Assembly: GCA_964549935.1 (NCBI GenBank)
Contig: CAZJVT010000001.1
Span: forward strand, 219,922-283,921
DNA: 64,000 nt
From: an uncultured Candidatus Saccharibacteria bacterium
GTDB lineage: Bacteria; Patescibacteriota; Minisyncoccia; UBA6257; 1-14-0-10-44-23
Direction of reading: 5' to 3'
How positions within the stretch are numbered: position 1 is the stretch's first letter; the number at the start of each line of letters is the position of its first letter. The position numbers and the translations under genes were made by a program. The notes below the pieces were generated by a model. The model had not been told where the DNA came from. It saw nothing but the letters and a program-made list of their open reading frames with translations, and did no database searches. Below are positions 10,210 through 18,893 of the stretch, one piece after another.

Positions 10210-10679
10210 TCAAACGCGACACACGTACTGCGCTTATTTGGATAAATGATATTTTGGGAAACCATAATATACCTTTCGTAATCGATGGAGGTTTCGCTGC
10301 AAACTTGTACGGCGCAACACGTGAACTTGCGGATATTGATATTGTAATTCCTCGCGGGAGAACGCAGGAGATTTTTGAGGAAATTAAATCCCATAGTATT
10401 TTCGGCCCTGCGCAGTATCATGATGAGAATTGGGATTTATATCTAACCACGCTTCAATACCAAGGACAGGAGATAGATATCTGCGAGAACGAGACGACGA
10501 CGATTTTTGACCAGCAGACAAAAGAGTGGATTCCATTACGAATCGAACCGGCATCCGCGGTGCGTATAAAAGCTTTCGATTTGGACGTACTAGTAATCAA
10601 GAAAGAAGATTTGATTGCATATAAGAAAAAGCTTGCCCGCGAGGTTGACCTTGAGGACGTTAAGCAGCTAAGCTCATAG
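10206..10679 (+). CDS. Nucleotidyltransferase-fold protein
   Basis: GGFAANLYGATRELADIDI motif; ATGA overlap with the helicase stop. Confidence 0.7.
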   Translation: MIKRDTRTALIWINDILGNHNIPFVIDGGFAANLYGATRELADIDIVIPRGRTQEIFEEIKSHSIFGPAQYHDENWDLYLTTLQYQGQEIDICENETTTIFDQQTKEWIPLRIEPASAVRIKAFDLDVLVIKKEDLIAYKKKLAREVDLEDVKQLSS

Positions 10680-10680
10680 C

Positions 10681-11238
10681 ATGAATCTCGTAACAATCTT
10701 CGGACCTCCGGCGGTTGGTAAAATGACCGTGGCGCAGGAACTCGCCAAAATCACCGACATCAAGGTGTTTCATAACCATATGACGATTGACCTGCTCACC
10801 AAATTCTTTGAGTTTGGTAGTGAGCCGTTTGCAAGATTAACGAAGCTTTTCCGGCACAACTTTATCGAAGAGGCGGCTAAGCATAATGTTGATATTGCCT
10901 TCTCGGTCGCCTGGGACTTCAAACATCCTCATGACACCGAAGAGATGAAGTTGATTAAGGCCTCGGTTGAAAAGCATGGCGGCACCGTTTCGTTTGTTGA
11001 GCTAACTGCGCCACTCGAGGTGCGGCTCGCGCGTAATAAGAGCGAAAATCGTTTAAAACACAAAGACCCGCACAACGTGCAGGCGATTGAGAAAAACATC
11101 GTGGAGTGGGAGACGAAGTACCAGCTTAACAGCAAGCCGGGGGAGTTTCCATTTCCGGAGCGCTATTTGCGTATTGATTTAGAAAGCATTTCCGCGGCGC
11201 AGGCAGCTAAGATGATTAAGGAGCAATTCAATCTCTAA
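10681..11238 (+). CDS. P-loop kinase (AAA_33/shikimate kinase-like)
   Basis: GPPAVGKMT Walker A; ELTAPLEVRLARN. Confidence 0.8.
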   Translation: MNLVTIFGPPAVGKMTVAQELAKITDIKVFHNHMTIDLLTKFFEFGSEPFARLTKLFRHNFIEEAAKHNVDIAFSVAWDFKHPHDTEEMKLIKASVEKHGGTVSFVELTAPLEVRLARNKSENRLKHKDPHNVQAIEKNIVEWETKYQLNSKPGEFPFPERYLRIDLESISAAQAAKMIKEQFNL

Positions 11239-11280
11239 TCTCGTTGCACCATTCGCGCGAATGGTACAAACAAGCATTTT

Positions 11281-12525
11281 ATGGGAATTAATAAGAAGAA
11301 AGCTTTCCTTTGGTCGCTGTATGACTTTGCGAATTCGATAAGTACAGTAGTTTTCTTTCTCTATTTTTCGCAATGGCTAGTCGTTGAACACGGCGTAGCT
11401 GATTTTTGGTACAATATGATTTTTGTCGGGTCATCTATCTTGCTTGTTTTCACCTCGCCGATTGCCGGTGTTATCGCCGATAAAATCAATGCTCGGATGC
11501 CGTTTCTTATTTTTTCGACGTTTGGACAGTTTACGGCTTTAGCCGTAGCAGCTTTTCTTGCTTTAGCAGTTCCTGCGAGCTCGGTCACGATTCTATGGGC
11601 GGCGCTTGCATTTATGATTGGCAATTATCTCTATCAATTCTCGCTCACGTTTTACAATGCGCTTCTGACCGACATTGCAGCGCCGCAGCGACAAGGGACG
11701 CTTTCCGGTTGGGGGCAGTTTGCGAATTGGTCTGGCCAGGTGGTCGGCCTGCTCGCGGTGGCTGGTTTTGCATCGGGTGCTTGGTATTGGTTTGGTGCGC
11801 ATGGACGCGCGCAGACGCTACTCCCGGCAATCTTACTGATGATCTTGCTGGCTCTGCCGATGCTACTTTGGTTTAAAGAGTCATCGCAGCGATATACAGC
11901 CGAAATTTCTGTTATTAAAGAATATCGAGGTTTTTTGCGCGGGCTCAAGGAGCTTTGTGCAATTCCGGGAGTCGGCAGATATCTGCTGGCATTTTTCTTA
12001 TTTAATGATGCACTGCTCACGGCAACAAATAATTTTCCGATTTATTTACAGCAGGTTTTTCATGTTAGCGATAAAACCAAATCACTTTTACTTGTCGGTA
12101 TTTTAGTGATGTCAGCTCTTGGTGGGCTTGCCGGTGGATGGATTGCGGATAAAGTTGGGCTGAAAAAGACACTGCTGGTTATTCTCGCGTCTTGGATAAC
12201 AGTTTTTGCCGCAATGGCGGCAATCACTAATTTTTCGTGGTTCGTTGCTGCGGCAATCATGCTTGGTATTTTGTACGGCGCGACCTGGGCAGTAACGAGG
12301 GCGGTAATGGCCTCATTGGTACCGCACGAAAAGCTAAATCACGCTTTCAGCTACTACGCGCTCGCCGAACGATTTTCAACTTTTTTAAGTCCGCTCACGT
12401 GGGGGATTATTGTCTCGGGCTTCGTGTATCTCGGTCCGCTACGCTACCATCTCGCGATGCTTGTTATGACAGGATTTATTCTTTTAGGTTTTGCCGTCGT
12501 ACGAAAAATTCCATTGGCGCGGTAA
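11281..12525 (+). CDS. MFS transporter (UMF1/ATG22-like)
   Basis: WSLYDFANS, about 12 TM helices, FYNALL. Confidence 0.85.
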   Translation: MGINKKKAFLWSLYDFANSISTVVFFLYFSQWLVVEHGVADFWYNMIFVGSSILLVFTSPIAGVIADKINARMPFLIFSTFGQFTALAVAAFLALAVPASSVTILWAALAFMIGNYLYQFSLTFYNALLTDIAAPQRQGTLSGWGQFANWSGQVVGLLAVAGFASGAWYWFGAHGRAQTLLPAILLMILLALPMLLWFKESSQRYTAEISVIKEYRGFLRGLKELCAIPGVGRYLLAFFLFNDALLTATNNFPIYLQQVFHVSDKTKSLLLVGILVMSALGGLAGGWIADKVGLKKTLLVILASWITVFAAMAAITNFSWFVAAAIMLGILYGATWAVTRAVMASLVPHEKLNHAFSYYALAERFSTFLSPLTWGIIVSGFVYLGPLRYHLAMLVMTGFILLGFAVVRKIPLAR

Positions 12526-12578
12526 TTTTATATTGACGATTTTAGTTGGGAGAGTAGTATGTGGCTAAAGGAGGGGTC

Positions 12579-12887
12579 ATGAAGAAATCATGGAAGCCAC
12601 GTCTTGGCTTTGCAGTTTGCGGCGGGCTTTTCATCGCCGCCATCTACAGCCTCATCGTCTGCTTCACTGATGACGAGAGGTTCCCAGCATCCGAGTTCTC
12701 GGGTCTCGCGGTCGCCAGGATGTTCCTGGCGGGAGGCCTTCTGACGGTCATCATCGATCTCCTAGTGTCTAGCACAGACGAGGATGACAAAGGCGATCGC
12801 GATGACGACGATCCGCCGTCTCCTAAGCGTTCGCCGCTCCGAACCGGTACCCGGTCTCGGGGCGGTTCGCACTTTGAGAAAGTTTAG
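12579..12887 (+). CDS. Small 2-TM orphan protein (cassette-like)
   Basis: TTGACG at 12533, TAGTAT -10, AGGAGGGG RBS, TAG stop. Confidence 0.65.
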   Translation: MKKSWKPRLGFAVCGGLFIAAIYSLIVCFTDDERFPASEFSGLAVARMFLAGGLLTVIIDLLVSSTDEDDKGDRDDDDPPSPKRSPLRTGTRSRGGSHFEKV

Positions 12888-12927
12888 TATGTGATTCGGA
12901 GGCTAATCCTCTGTTATACTTGAATTG

Positions 12928-15000
12928 ATGCTCCAAAAACGAGGTTTTACGCTGATCGAACTGCTTATTGTTATCGGCATCTTAGCGGTGCTGGCTACGG
13001 TTACCGTTCTTGTATTAAATCCAGCTGAGCTTTTTCGGCAGGCTCGCGATTCGCAGCGCCTGTCGGATATTGCTGTTTTGCAGCGGGTTTATGAATATTC
13101 ACAATTCGCGGGTTCTTCAGACAAGGACGGCCCCAATTTTCCGGATGATTCTTGTGTTACCGAGGCGAACCCTCGCATTTTCGTTTCTGTGCCGAGCGAC
13201 AACGGTGAGGTCACGCCGACACCGCCGTCCGGCTGGACCTATAACCGAGTTGCCAGTGTCAGCCTAAGAAAAACCGACGGTAACGGGTGGCTTCCGATTG
13301 ATTTGGCAGCTGCGGCTAGTGCGCTTGGCGGTTCATTTATCTCGCAGTTGCCGGTTGATCCGGTGAATACCTTTGCGAACGGTTTGTATTATTCATACAT
13401 CTGCGGGTCGTTTGAATTTAATGCAAAACTGGAATCTGCAAAGTTCCTCGCGCGGATGTCGGATGATTTAGGAGATGACACCGGATTGATTGAGGTCGGC
13501 GATGATTTGAGGATTTCTCCTGCGCGCCCTACGTCTGTTCAAAATCCCGAATCGCCGCCGGCAGCACCGCCGACAATCGCCGGGATTTCTCCGTCGAGCG
13601 CCGCGAACGATGGCGTGGTGAGCATCACTTCGATCACCGGAACCAATTTTGTTTCCGGGGCAACTGTCACGCTCGTAAAGAGCGGGCAGTCAACGATTGC
13701 CGGGTCCGGATTTACGGTAAGTAGCGGCACTTCAATAACCGGCGGTTCATTTAATATTAGTGGTGCGGTGGCCGGCGGATGGAATGTCGTGGTAACGAAT
13801 CTGGACAGTCAGTCGGCATCATTGAGCTCCGGCTTTACCGTCACGGCAGCCGGTCCGGTTGTGTTGCCAGCCCCGACGGTTTCGAGTATGAGTCCTACGA
13901 GCGTGGTTAATAATGCTGCTCTTTCACTCACCTCAATTACCGGCACGAACTTCGTTTCCGGGGCGACCGTGAAGTTGACGAAGTCCGGTCAGAGCGATAT
14001 TACCTGTACTAGCGTCAACTTCAGCAGCGCGACCGTGCTCACCGGTGGCTCTTGCAACACCGTCGGTGCTTCCGCGGGGACGTGGAGCCTGGTTGTGATG
14101 AATCCGGATGCGCAGACTGGCACGCTCACAAACGGATTCACAGTGACTGCCGCTCCGTCCGCGCCTACGGTAACTGCGCTTGGTGTTACGACCGGCGTTA
14201 ACAACGCTTCAGTCGCCATCACGCCGATTACCGGAACTGACTTCGCCACGAGTGGCGGCGTAACGGTTCAACTTGTCAAATCCGGCGAAAGCTCCATTAG
14301 TGCAACGAGCTGTTCGGTCAGTAATTCGACCTCGATAGTCAGTTGTTCCTTTGCTATCAGCGGTGCGGCAACCGGCGTGTGGAGCATCACGGTTACCAAT
14401 ACGACGAGCGGTTTGTCGGGTACCGGCGGTACTTTTACGGTAACCGCCCCGGTCGCGAGTTCATACGCTTCATGCAAAGCGATTAAGGACGCCCTCCCGG
14501 CGTCGACAGATGGCACCTACTCTATTAAGCCGACCGCTGCCGCCGCGTTTAGTGTGTATTGCGATATGAGCAATGGAGGATGGACGCGTATTATGACGCT
14601 TCATGATAAAGGCTCGATCACAGATAATATGCTGGGCATGGGTATCACTTTTAATAGATTCTGGGCGGTTAATGCCACTGATCATAGCTATGTGGGAAAC
14701 ATGCTTGCTACCTTTAGCGCTCTACAGTCCGCCGATCAAGGTTTGAACGCGGCTGCGAATGAGGCAGACAGAAAGGTGATGTTGATGGGGCCGGGAGCTT
14801 ATGGAGTTTGGAGAAAAGTGAGCGGTCCTGAGCCGTTTATCTGCAATTGGGGAACGGTAGAGATGATGGGTGCCGGGTATACCGATGCTGAAGGATGTGG
14901 TGACTACAATAACCTTACTGTTGGATATGATGATAGTTTGGGTTCAGGATGGAATCTTAACCATCGATTTGATGTAGAACTCTATGTCATGACGCAGTAA
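12928..15000 (+). CDS. Type IV pilin-like protein with IPT/TIG-like repeats and fibrinogen-like C-terminus
   Basis: RGFTLIELLIVI prepilin motif; three PT..ITGT.F..GATV.L.KSG repeats; SCKAIK...DGTY.I...VYCDM..GGWT. Confidence 0.85.
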   Translation: MLQKRGFTLIELLIVIGILAVLATVTVLVLNPAELFRQARDSQRLSDIAVLQRVYEYSQFAGSSDKDGPNFPDDSCVTEANPRIFVSVPSDNGEVTPTPPSGWTYNRVASVSLRKTDGNGWLPIDLAAAASALGGSFISQLPVDPVNTFANGLYYSYICGSFEFNAKLESAKFLARMSDDLGDDTGLIEVGDDLRISPARPTSVQNPESPPAAPPTIAGISPSSAANDGVVSITSITGTNFVSGATVTLVKSGQSTIAGSGFTVSSGTSITGGSFNISGAVAGGWNVVVTNLDSQSASLSSGFTVTAAGPVVLPAPTVSSMSPTSVVNNAALSLTSITGTNFVSGATVKLTKSGQSDITCTSVNFSSATVLTGGSCNTVGASAGTWSLVVMNPDAQTGTLTNGFTVTAAPSAPTVTALGVTTGVNNASVAITPITGTDFATSGGVTVQLVKSGESSISATSCSVSNSTSIVSCSFAISGAATGVWSITVTNTTSGLSGTGGTFTVTAPVASSYASCKAIKDALPASTDGTYSIKPTAAAAFSVYCDMSNGGWTRIMTLHDKGSITDNMLGMGITFNRFWAVNATDHSYVGNMLATFSALQSADQGLNAAANEADRKVMLMGPGAYGVWRKVSGPEPFICNWGTVEMMGAGYTDAEGCGDYNNLTVGYDDSLGSGWNLNHRFDVELYVMTQ

Positions 15001-15038
15001 GCGCGCTTATCGCAGCTCCTTATTCTCTTATCTTACGT

Positions 15039-16157
15039 ATGCGCATAGTATTACATATTGATATGGATGCTTTCTTCGCTAGTGTCGAGGAGCGGGACCA
15101 CCCGCGTATTAAAGGTATGCCAATTGTGGTCGGCTCTGATCCGGCAAACGGCAAAGGCCGCGGTGTCGTCTCGACTGCAAACTATGCTGCACGTCAGTAC
15201 GGTATTAAAAGTGCAGTGCCGATTTCTCGCGCCTGGGACTTAAGTCAGCAGGCGAAGAAGGAAGGAAAGCCGGAGGTGGTTTTCTTTGAGCCGAATATTA
15301 AAAAATACGCCGGGATTTCGCACGAGATTTTTAGTTACATCGCGACCCGGGGTGAGGTTTTCCAGCCCGCCTCGATTGATGAGTGTTATTTGGAACTGCA
15401 AAGCGTAAATCGTAAAGCGCAAAGCGTTGATGAGGAATGGAGAAGGGCGGAGAAAATCGCTAAAGAAATACAAGAGCATGTTACTGAAAAATTCCAGTTA
15501 AGCTGTTCAATTGGTATCGGGCCAAACAAGTTGATTGCAAAGATTGCCGCCGGCCGCCAGAAGCCGCACGGGCTTACCGTGGTTCGGGTAAAAGAGGTGC
15601 AGGCCTTTTTGGATCCGCTCTCGGTGCGCGAGTTGCTTGGTATTGGGCCAAAGACCGGGGCCGGCCTCAAAGAGATCGGAGTAGAGACGATTAAACAGCT
15701 ACGGCAAAAAACTCAAAACGAGCTCGTCGAGCACTTTGGACCGAAACATGGTGTGCACATGTATGAATCCGCGTGCGGCATTGACGACAGCGTGCTTGAG
15801 ACTGATCGCGAGGCGAAGTCTATTGGCAGCGAGACGACGTTTGATAAAGACACGTTAGACGCCACAAAAATCCTGGCGGTCTTTAAAGAGCTCGCAGCAG
15901 AGGTGGCGAGGTCGGTCAAAAAAGACAAGAAGTTATTCAAAACAGTGGCGATTGTCGTAAGGTTTTCGGACTTCGAGACCAAGACGCGCTCGCATACGAT
16001 TGATGAACCGAGTGATGATAAAAAGGTCCTCGAGGCCGAGGCCCTGCAGCTACTGATGCCGTTTTTGGATAGTCGTGAGAATCCGAAGCGAAAGAAGATA
16101 CGATTGGTTGGGGTGCGGGCGGAAAAATTGCAGAGCACAGCGGGCAGGTTATTTTAG
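15039..16157 (+). CDS. dinB: DNA polymerase IV
   Basis: HIDMDAFFASVE, STANYAARQYG, SIDE, NKLIAKIA, KSIG.E.TF. Confidence 0.93.
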   Translation: MRIVLHIDMDAFFASVEERDHPRIKGMPIVVGSDPANGKGRGVVSTANYAARQYGIKSAVPISRAWDLSQQAKKEGKPEVVFFEPNIKKYAGISHEIFSYIATRGEVFQPASIDECYLELQSVNRKAQSVDEEWRRAEKIAKEIQEHVTEKFQLSCSIGIGPNKLIAKIAAGRQKPHGLTVVRVKEVQAFLDPLSVRELLGIGPKTGAGLKEIGVETIKQLRQKTQNELVEHFGPKHGVHMYESACGIDDSVLETDREAKSIGSETTFDKDTLDATKILAVFKELAAEVARSVKKDKKLFKTVAIVVRFSDFETKTRSHTIDEPSDDKKVLEAEALQLLMPFLDSRENPKRKKIRLVGVRAEKLQSTAGRLF

Positions 16158-16309
16158 TTTTTCGTTTACTTACTCCTATGCTTAGAGGACGGCCGTCTCC
16201 TAAGCATAGGAGTTAAGACCGTGTGTATTAGTTTGAATGCGGAAAAGTGGGCGTAGCAGGAAGATATTTTGCTAGCACTTTACTTTGCTAAAGTGCTACG
16301 GAGCTATGT

Positions 16310-16598
16310 AAAAACGAATCCGCGCGGTTCGCCGGTGAGGGCGACCCGCGCGGTGAAGCGAACGTGATGGTGTTTTTCTGCGTACAGCGACCCGTCGGCA
16401 TTGCGAAGAGGCCTACGGGCACCCAAAGCTTCGGCATCAGGTTAAGCATTTCATGATCGCGTAAGCGATCGCCTTAGCTATTGGTCTGGGCGCTCTACTC
16501 TGTCACCCTCTCAGCGAATGTGTGGCACGTGGCCACGCGGTAGGAGACCGAAGTACCCTTTCCGACTCTTCGCTTTTCCGCCACCATCACGTGAAGGA
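16310..16598 (-). ncRNA. Candidate structured non-coding RNA of unknown family
   Basis: TTGACT-N18-TATGAT promoter (16635-16606); 11-bp end-closing helix (16582-16592 with 16362-16372); internal hairpins; terminator-like stem 16320-16353 with U-tract; no ORF of 60 aa or more. Confidence 0.6.
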
Positions 16599-16678
16599 CG
16601 CGCCCATCATAGCTCTTCGCTGCTTTTCTAGTCAAGTTTCTTTTTGGTGCTTACTGGTTTATAGTTAGGGAGTTAGTA

Positions 16679-16772
16679 CCCCACAGAGATCGGCGAGTAG
16701 CGCACCTGCCTACCGGCAGGCAGGTCTCATGGGGTGAAAACTTGAGTGACCCACGCCTTTGGCGGGGTGCTC
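16679..16772. repeat. Nested palindromic repeats (CCTGCCTACCGGCAGGCAGG inside a CCCCA..TGGGG stem; CCCACGCCTTTGGCGGGG)
   Basis: Inverted repeats read directly; related copies at 22593 and 59895. Confidence 0.7.
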
Positions 16773-16811
16773 AAAATTATATCTACTCAAGTTCTCGTAA
16801 ATAATTTTGGC

Positions 16812-17654
16812 ATGTCTAAGTACTACAACCCGCAAAAAGGTTCCGCCTACTGCTTTGATCCAAAATCGACGCAGCCGTTTCGGTTGAGTCGCAGTAAGAT
16901 TGATTTGTTTTTGGAGTGCCAGCGCTGCTTTTATATCGACCGACGCGTGGGTATCGGTCGTCCGCCGGGTTTTCCGTTTTCCTTAAACTCCGCCGTTGAC
17001 ACACTGCTTAAAAAAGAGTTTGACGGTCACCGCGCCGCCGGTACACCGCATCCGTTTATGAAGGCCTACGGGCTCGATGCGATTCCATTTGCGCACGAAC
17101 GTATGGACGAGTGGCGTGATTCACTGCGTCGCGGAGTAACGTACGTTGACCCAAAAACAAACTTCAATGTAACCGGAGGCGTGGACGACCTTTGGGTAAA
17201 TCAGGCCGGAGAATTAATCATTGTTGATTATAAGGCGACGGCGAAGACCGGCGAGGTCAGTCTGGATGCGGAGTGGCAGGATGGCTACAAGCGCCAGATG
17301 GAAACCTATCAGTGGCTGTTTCGTAAAAATGGGTTTAAAGTTTCTCCGACCGGTTACTTTGTCTACGCTAATGGCGACTTAGATGCCGAGGCATTTGATG
17401 GCAAGCTGGAGTTTAAGGTTAAGTTGATTCCATACGAAGGCGACACAGCCTGGGTTGAGCCGACGCTTATTAAGGCAAAGGCCTGTTTGATGAGTGACGA
17501 GATCCCGCTGGCGCATGAGGAGTGCGATTACTGTCGCTACCGGTTTGCTGTCACTCGCGCGGAAGGGAAGGGCAATGAGACTGCGAGCATAAAAGCAGCA
17601 GGAAAGAAACCTAAGCCAAAGGCAGAGAAGCCGAAGACAATAGGGCTCTTTTAA
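16812..17654 (+). CDS. PD-(D/E)XK nuclease family protein (Cas4/RecB-like, Cys ligands)
   Basis: LSRSKIDLFLECQRCF, GGVDD, IVDYKAT, QMETY, CDYC. Confidence 0.85.
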   Translation: MSKYYNPQKGSAYCFDPKSTQPFRLSRSKIDLFLECQRCFYIDRRVGIGRPPGFPFSLNSAVDTLLKKEFDGHRAAGTPHPFMKAYGLDAIPFAHERMDEWRDSLRRGVTYVDPKTNFNVTGGVDDLWVNQAGELIIVDYKATAKTGEVSLDAEWQDGYKRQMETYQWLFRKNGFKVSPTGYFVYANGDLDAEAFDGKLEFKVKLIPYEGDTAWVEPTLIKAKACLMSDEIPLAHEECDYCRYRFAVTRAEGKGNETASIKAAGKKPKPKAEKPKTIGLF

Positions 17655-17694
17655 GATGACGGAAAATATATCATATATGATATATTTTTAGGCA

Positions 17695-18183
17695 ATGCCA
17701 AAAGCGATTATTTTTGATTGGGGAGGGGTACTCGTAGATGCAGAAACGAAGGAGCAGTATCCGGAGGCCTTCGCGGTTTTGCAATTCTGCAAAGCAAAGG
17801 GCTACCGACTGGCGCTGGCGTGCATCGCCAGTAAATTTAAGGAGCGCAAAAAACAAATCGAGTCCTCCGGGTTGATGCAGTTTTTTGAAAAGATTCAGCT
17901 TGAGCCGATGCCGGCCGAGAAGATTTGGGATAGTAGCTATAGAGGCAAGGACGCAGTGTTTGATCGCATCATGGAGTATTTCAATCTGCCGGCCAAAGAC
18001 GTTTTAATTATTGACGACCGGACGGTCCGGGGAGTTCGCTATGCGAATGCTCATGGCCACCCGTCTATCTGGGTCAGGCGGGGTAAGTTTGCCAACGAGG
18101 AACCGAATAGGGAGACCGGCGAGCCAACGTGTATCGCCGTGAGCCTTAGCGAAGTCCGATTACTGCTTGAGAAGCTGGCTTAG
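17695..18183 (+). CDS. HAD superfamily hydrolase
   Basis: IIFDWGGVL; IIDDR. Confidence 0.8.
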   Translation: MPKAIIFDWGGVLVDAETKEQYPEAFAVLQFCKAKGYRLALACIASKFKERKKQIESSGLMQFFEKIQLEPMPAEKIWDSSYRGKDAVFDRIMEYFNLPAKDVLIIDDRTVRGVRYANAHGHPSIWVRRGKFANEEPNRETGEPTCIAVSLSEVRLLLEKLA

Positions 18184-18343
18184 TTTGACCTTGATTGACC
18201 CGAATTGGCAAGCGTGCTATAGTGATTTGGCTCGTAGGTATCCTTGGTTTCCGTTTCGTATAGCCGCTCGTTTAACCCGAGGCAGGCCTGGTTTCTCAAG
18301 GAAGGTCTTTCTACAGCGTTAATAGTTTCTGATATCTAGATAA

Positions 18344-18619
18344 ATGAAAAAGTTGTACGTAGGGAACCTTCCTTACTCAACGACCAGCGACGACCTGAAG
18401 GGAGTTTTCTCTGCAGCCGGCGCAGTTGCTACTGCTACCGTTATCATCGACAAGATGAGCGGCCGCAGCAAGGGCTTTGGTTTCGTTGAGTTCGAGAACG
18501 ACTCAGACGCCGATAAGGCGATTGAGATGTTCAACGGCAAGGACATGGAAGGCCGCCCGCTCACCGTTAACGAGGCTCGCCCGATGGCTCCTCGCACCGG
18601 TGGCTTCGGCCGAATGTAG
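18344..18619 (+). CDS. RRM RNA-binding protein
   Basis: KLYVGNL (RNP2), SKGFGFVEF (RNP1), LTVNEARP. Confidence 0.93.
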   Translation: MKKLYVGNLPYSTTSDDLKGVFSAAGAVATATVIIDKMSGRSKGFGFVEFENDSDADKAIEMFNGKDMEGRPLTVNEARPMAPRTGGFGRM

Positions 18620-18893
18620 TCCTTGTTGGTCTTCGACCAATAATGATCCTAGTAAAAGCGTCCTCTATACGAGAGGGCGCTTTTACGTTTTGGAGCTGGG
18701 GGCGTTCGGGCTTTTATCAAGACGGCCACGGATACCTTTTAGTGGCCGCTATGATAAAAACCCGAACGCCTAAGGCGCGGAATGGTCTCGCCTGCACTCG
18801 GTGAGTTGGATGCTAAGGTGGCCCTGCGGGCTTTTTTATATAGGGGATTGGTTATTCGCTTTTTTGAAGTGAGAAGTGGTAAACTAATTCCAT

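Noticed and set aside
16310-16598. tmRNA or SRP RNA identity for the candidate ncRNA
   Set aside because: No tRNA-like GGGG...CCA ends or T-loop, and no SRP helix-8 motif recognised.
16812-17654. Cas4 of a CRISPR system
   Set aside because: Stand-alone PD-(D/E)XK nuclease with no cas1/cas2 or array nearby.
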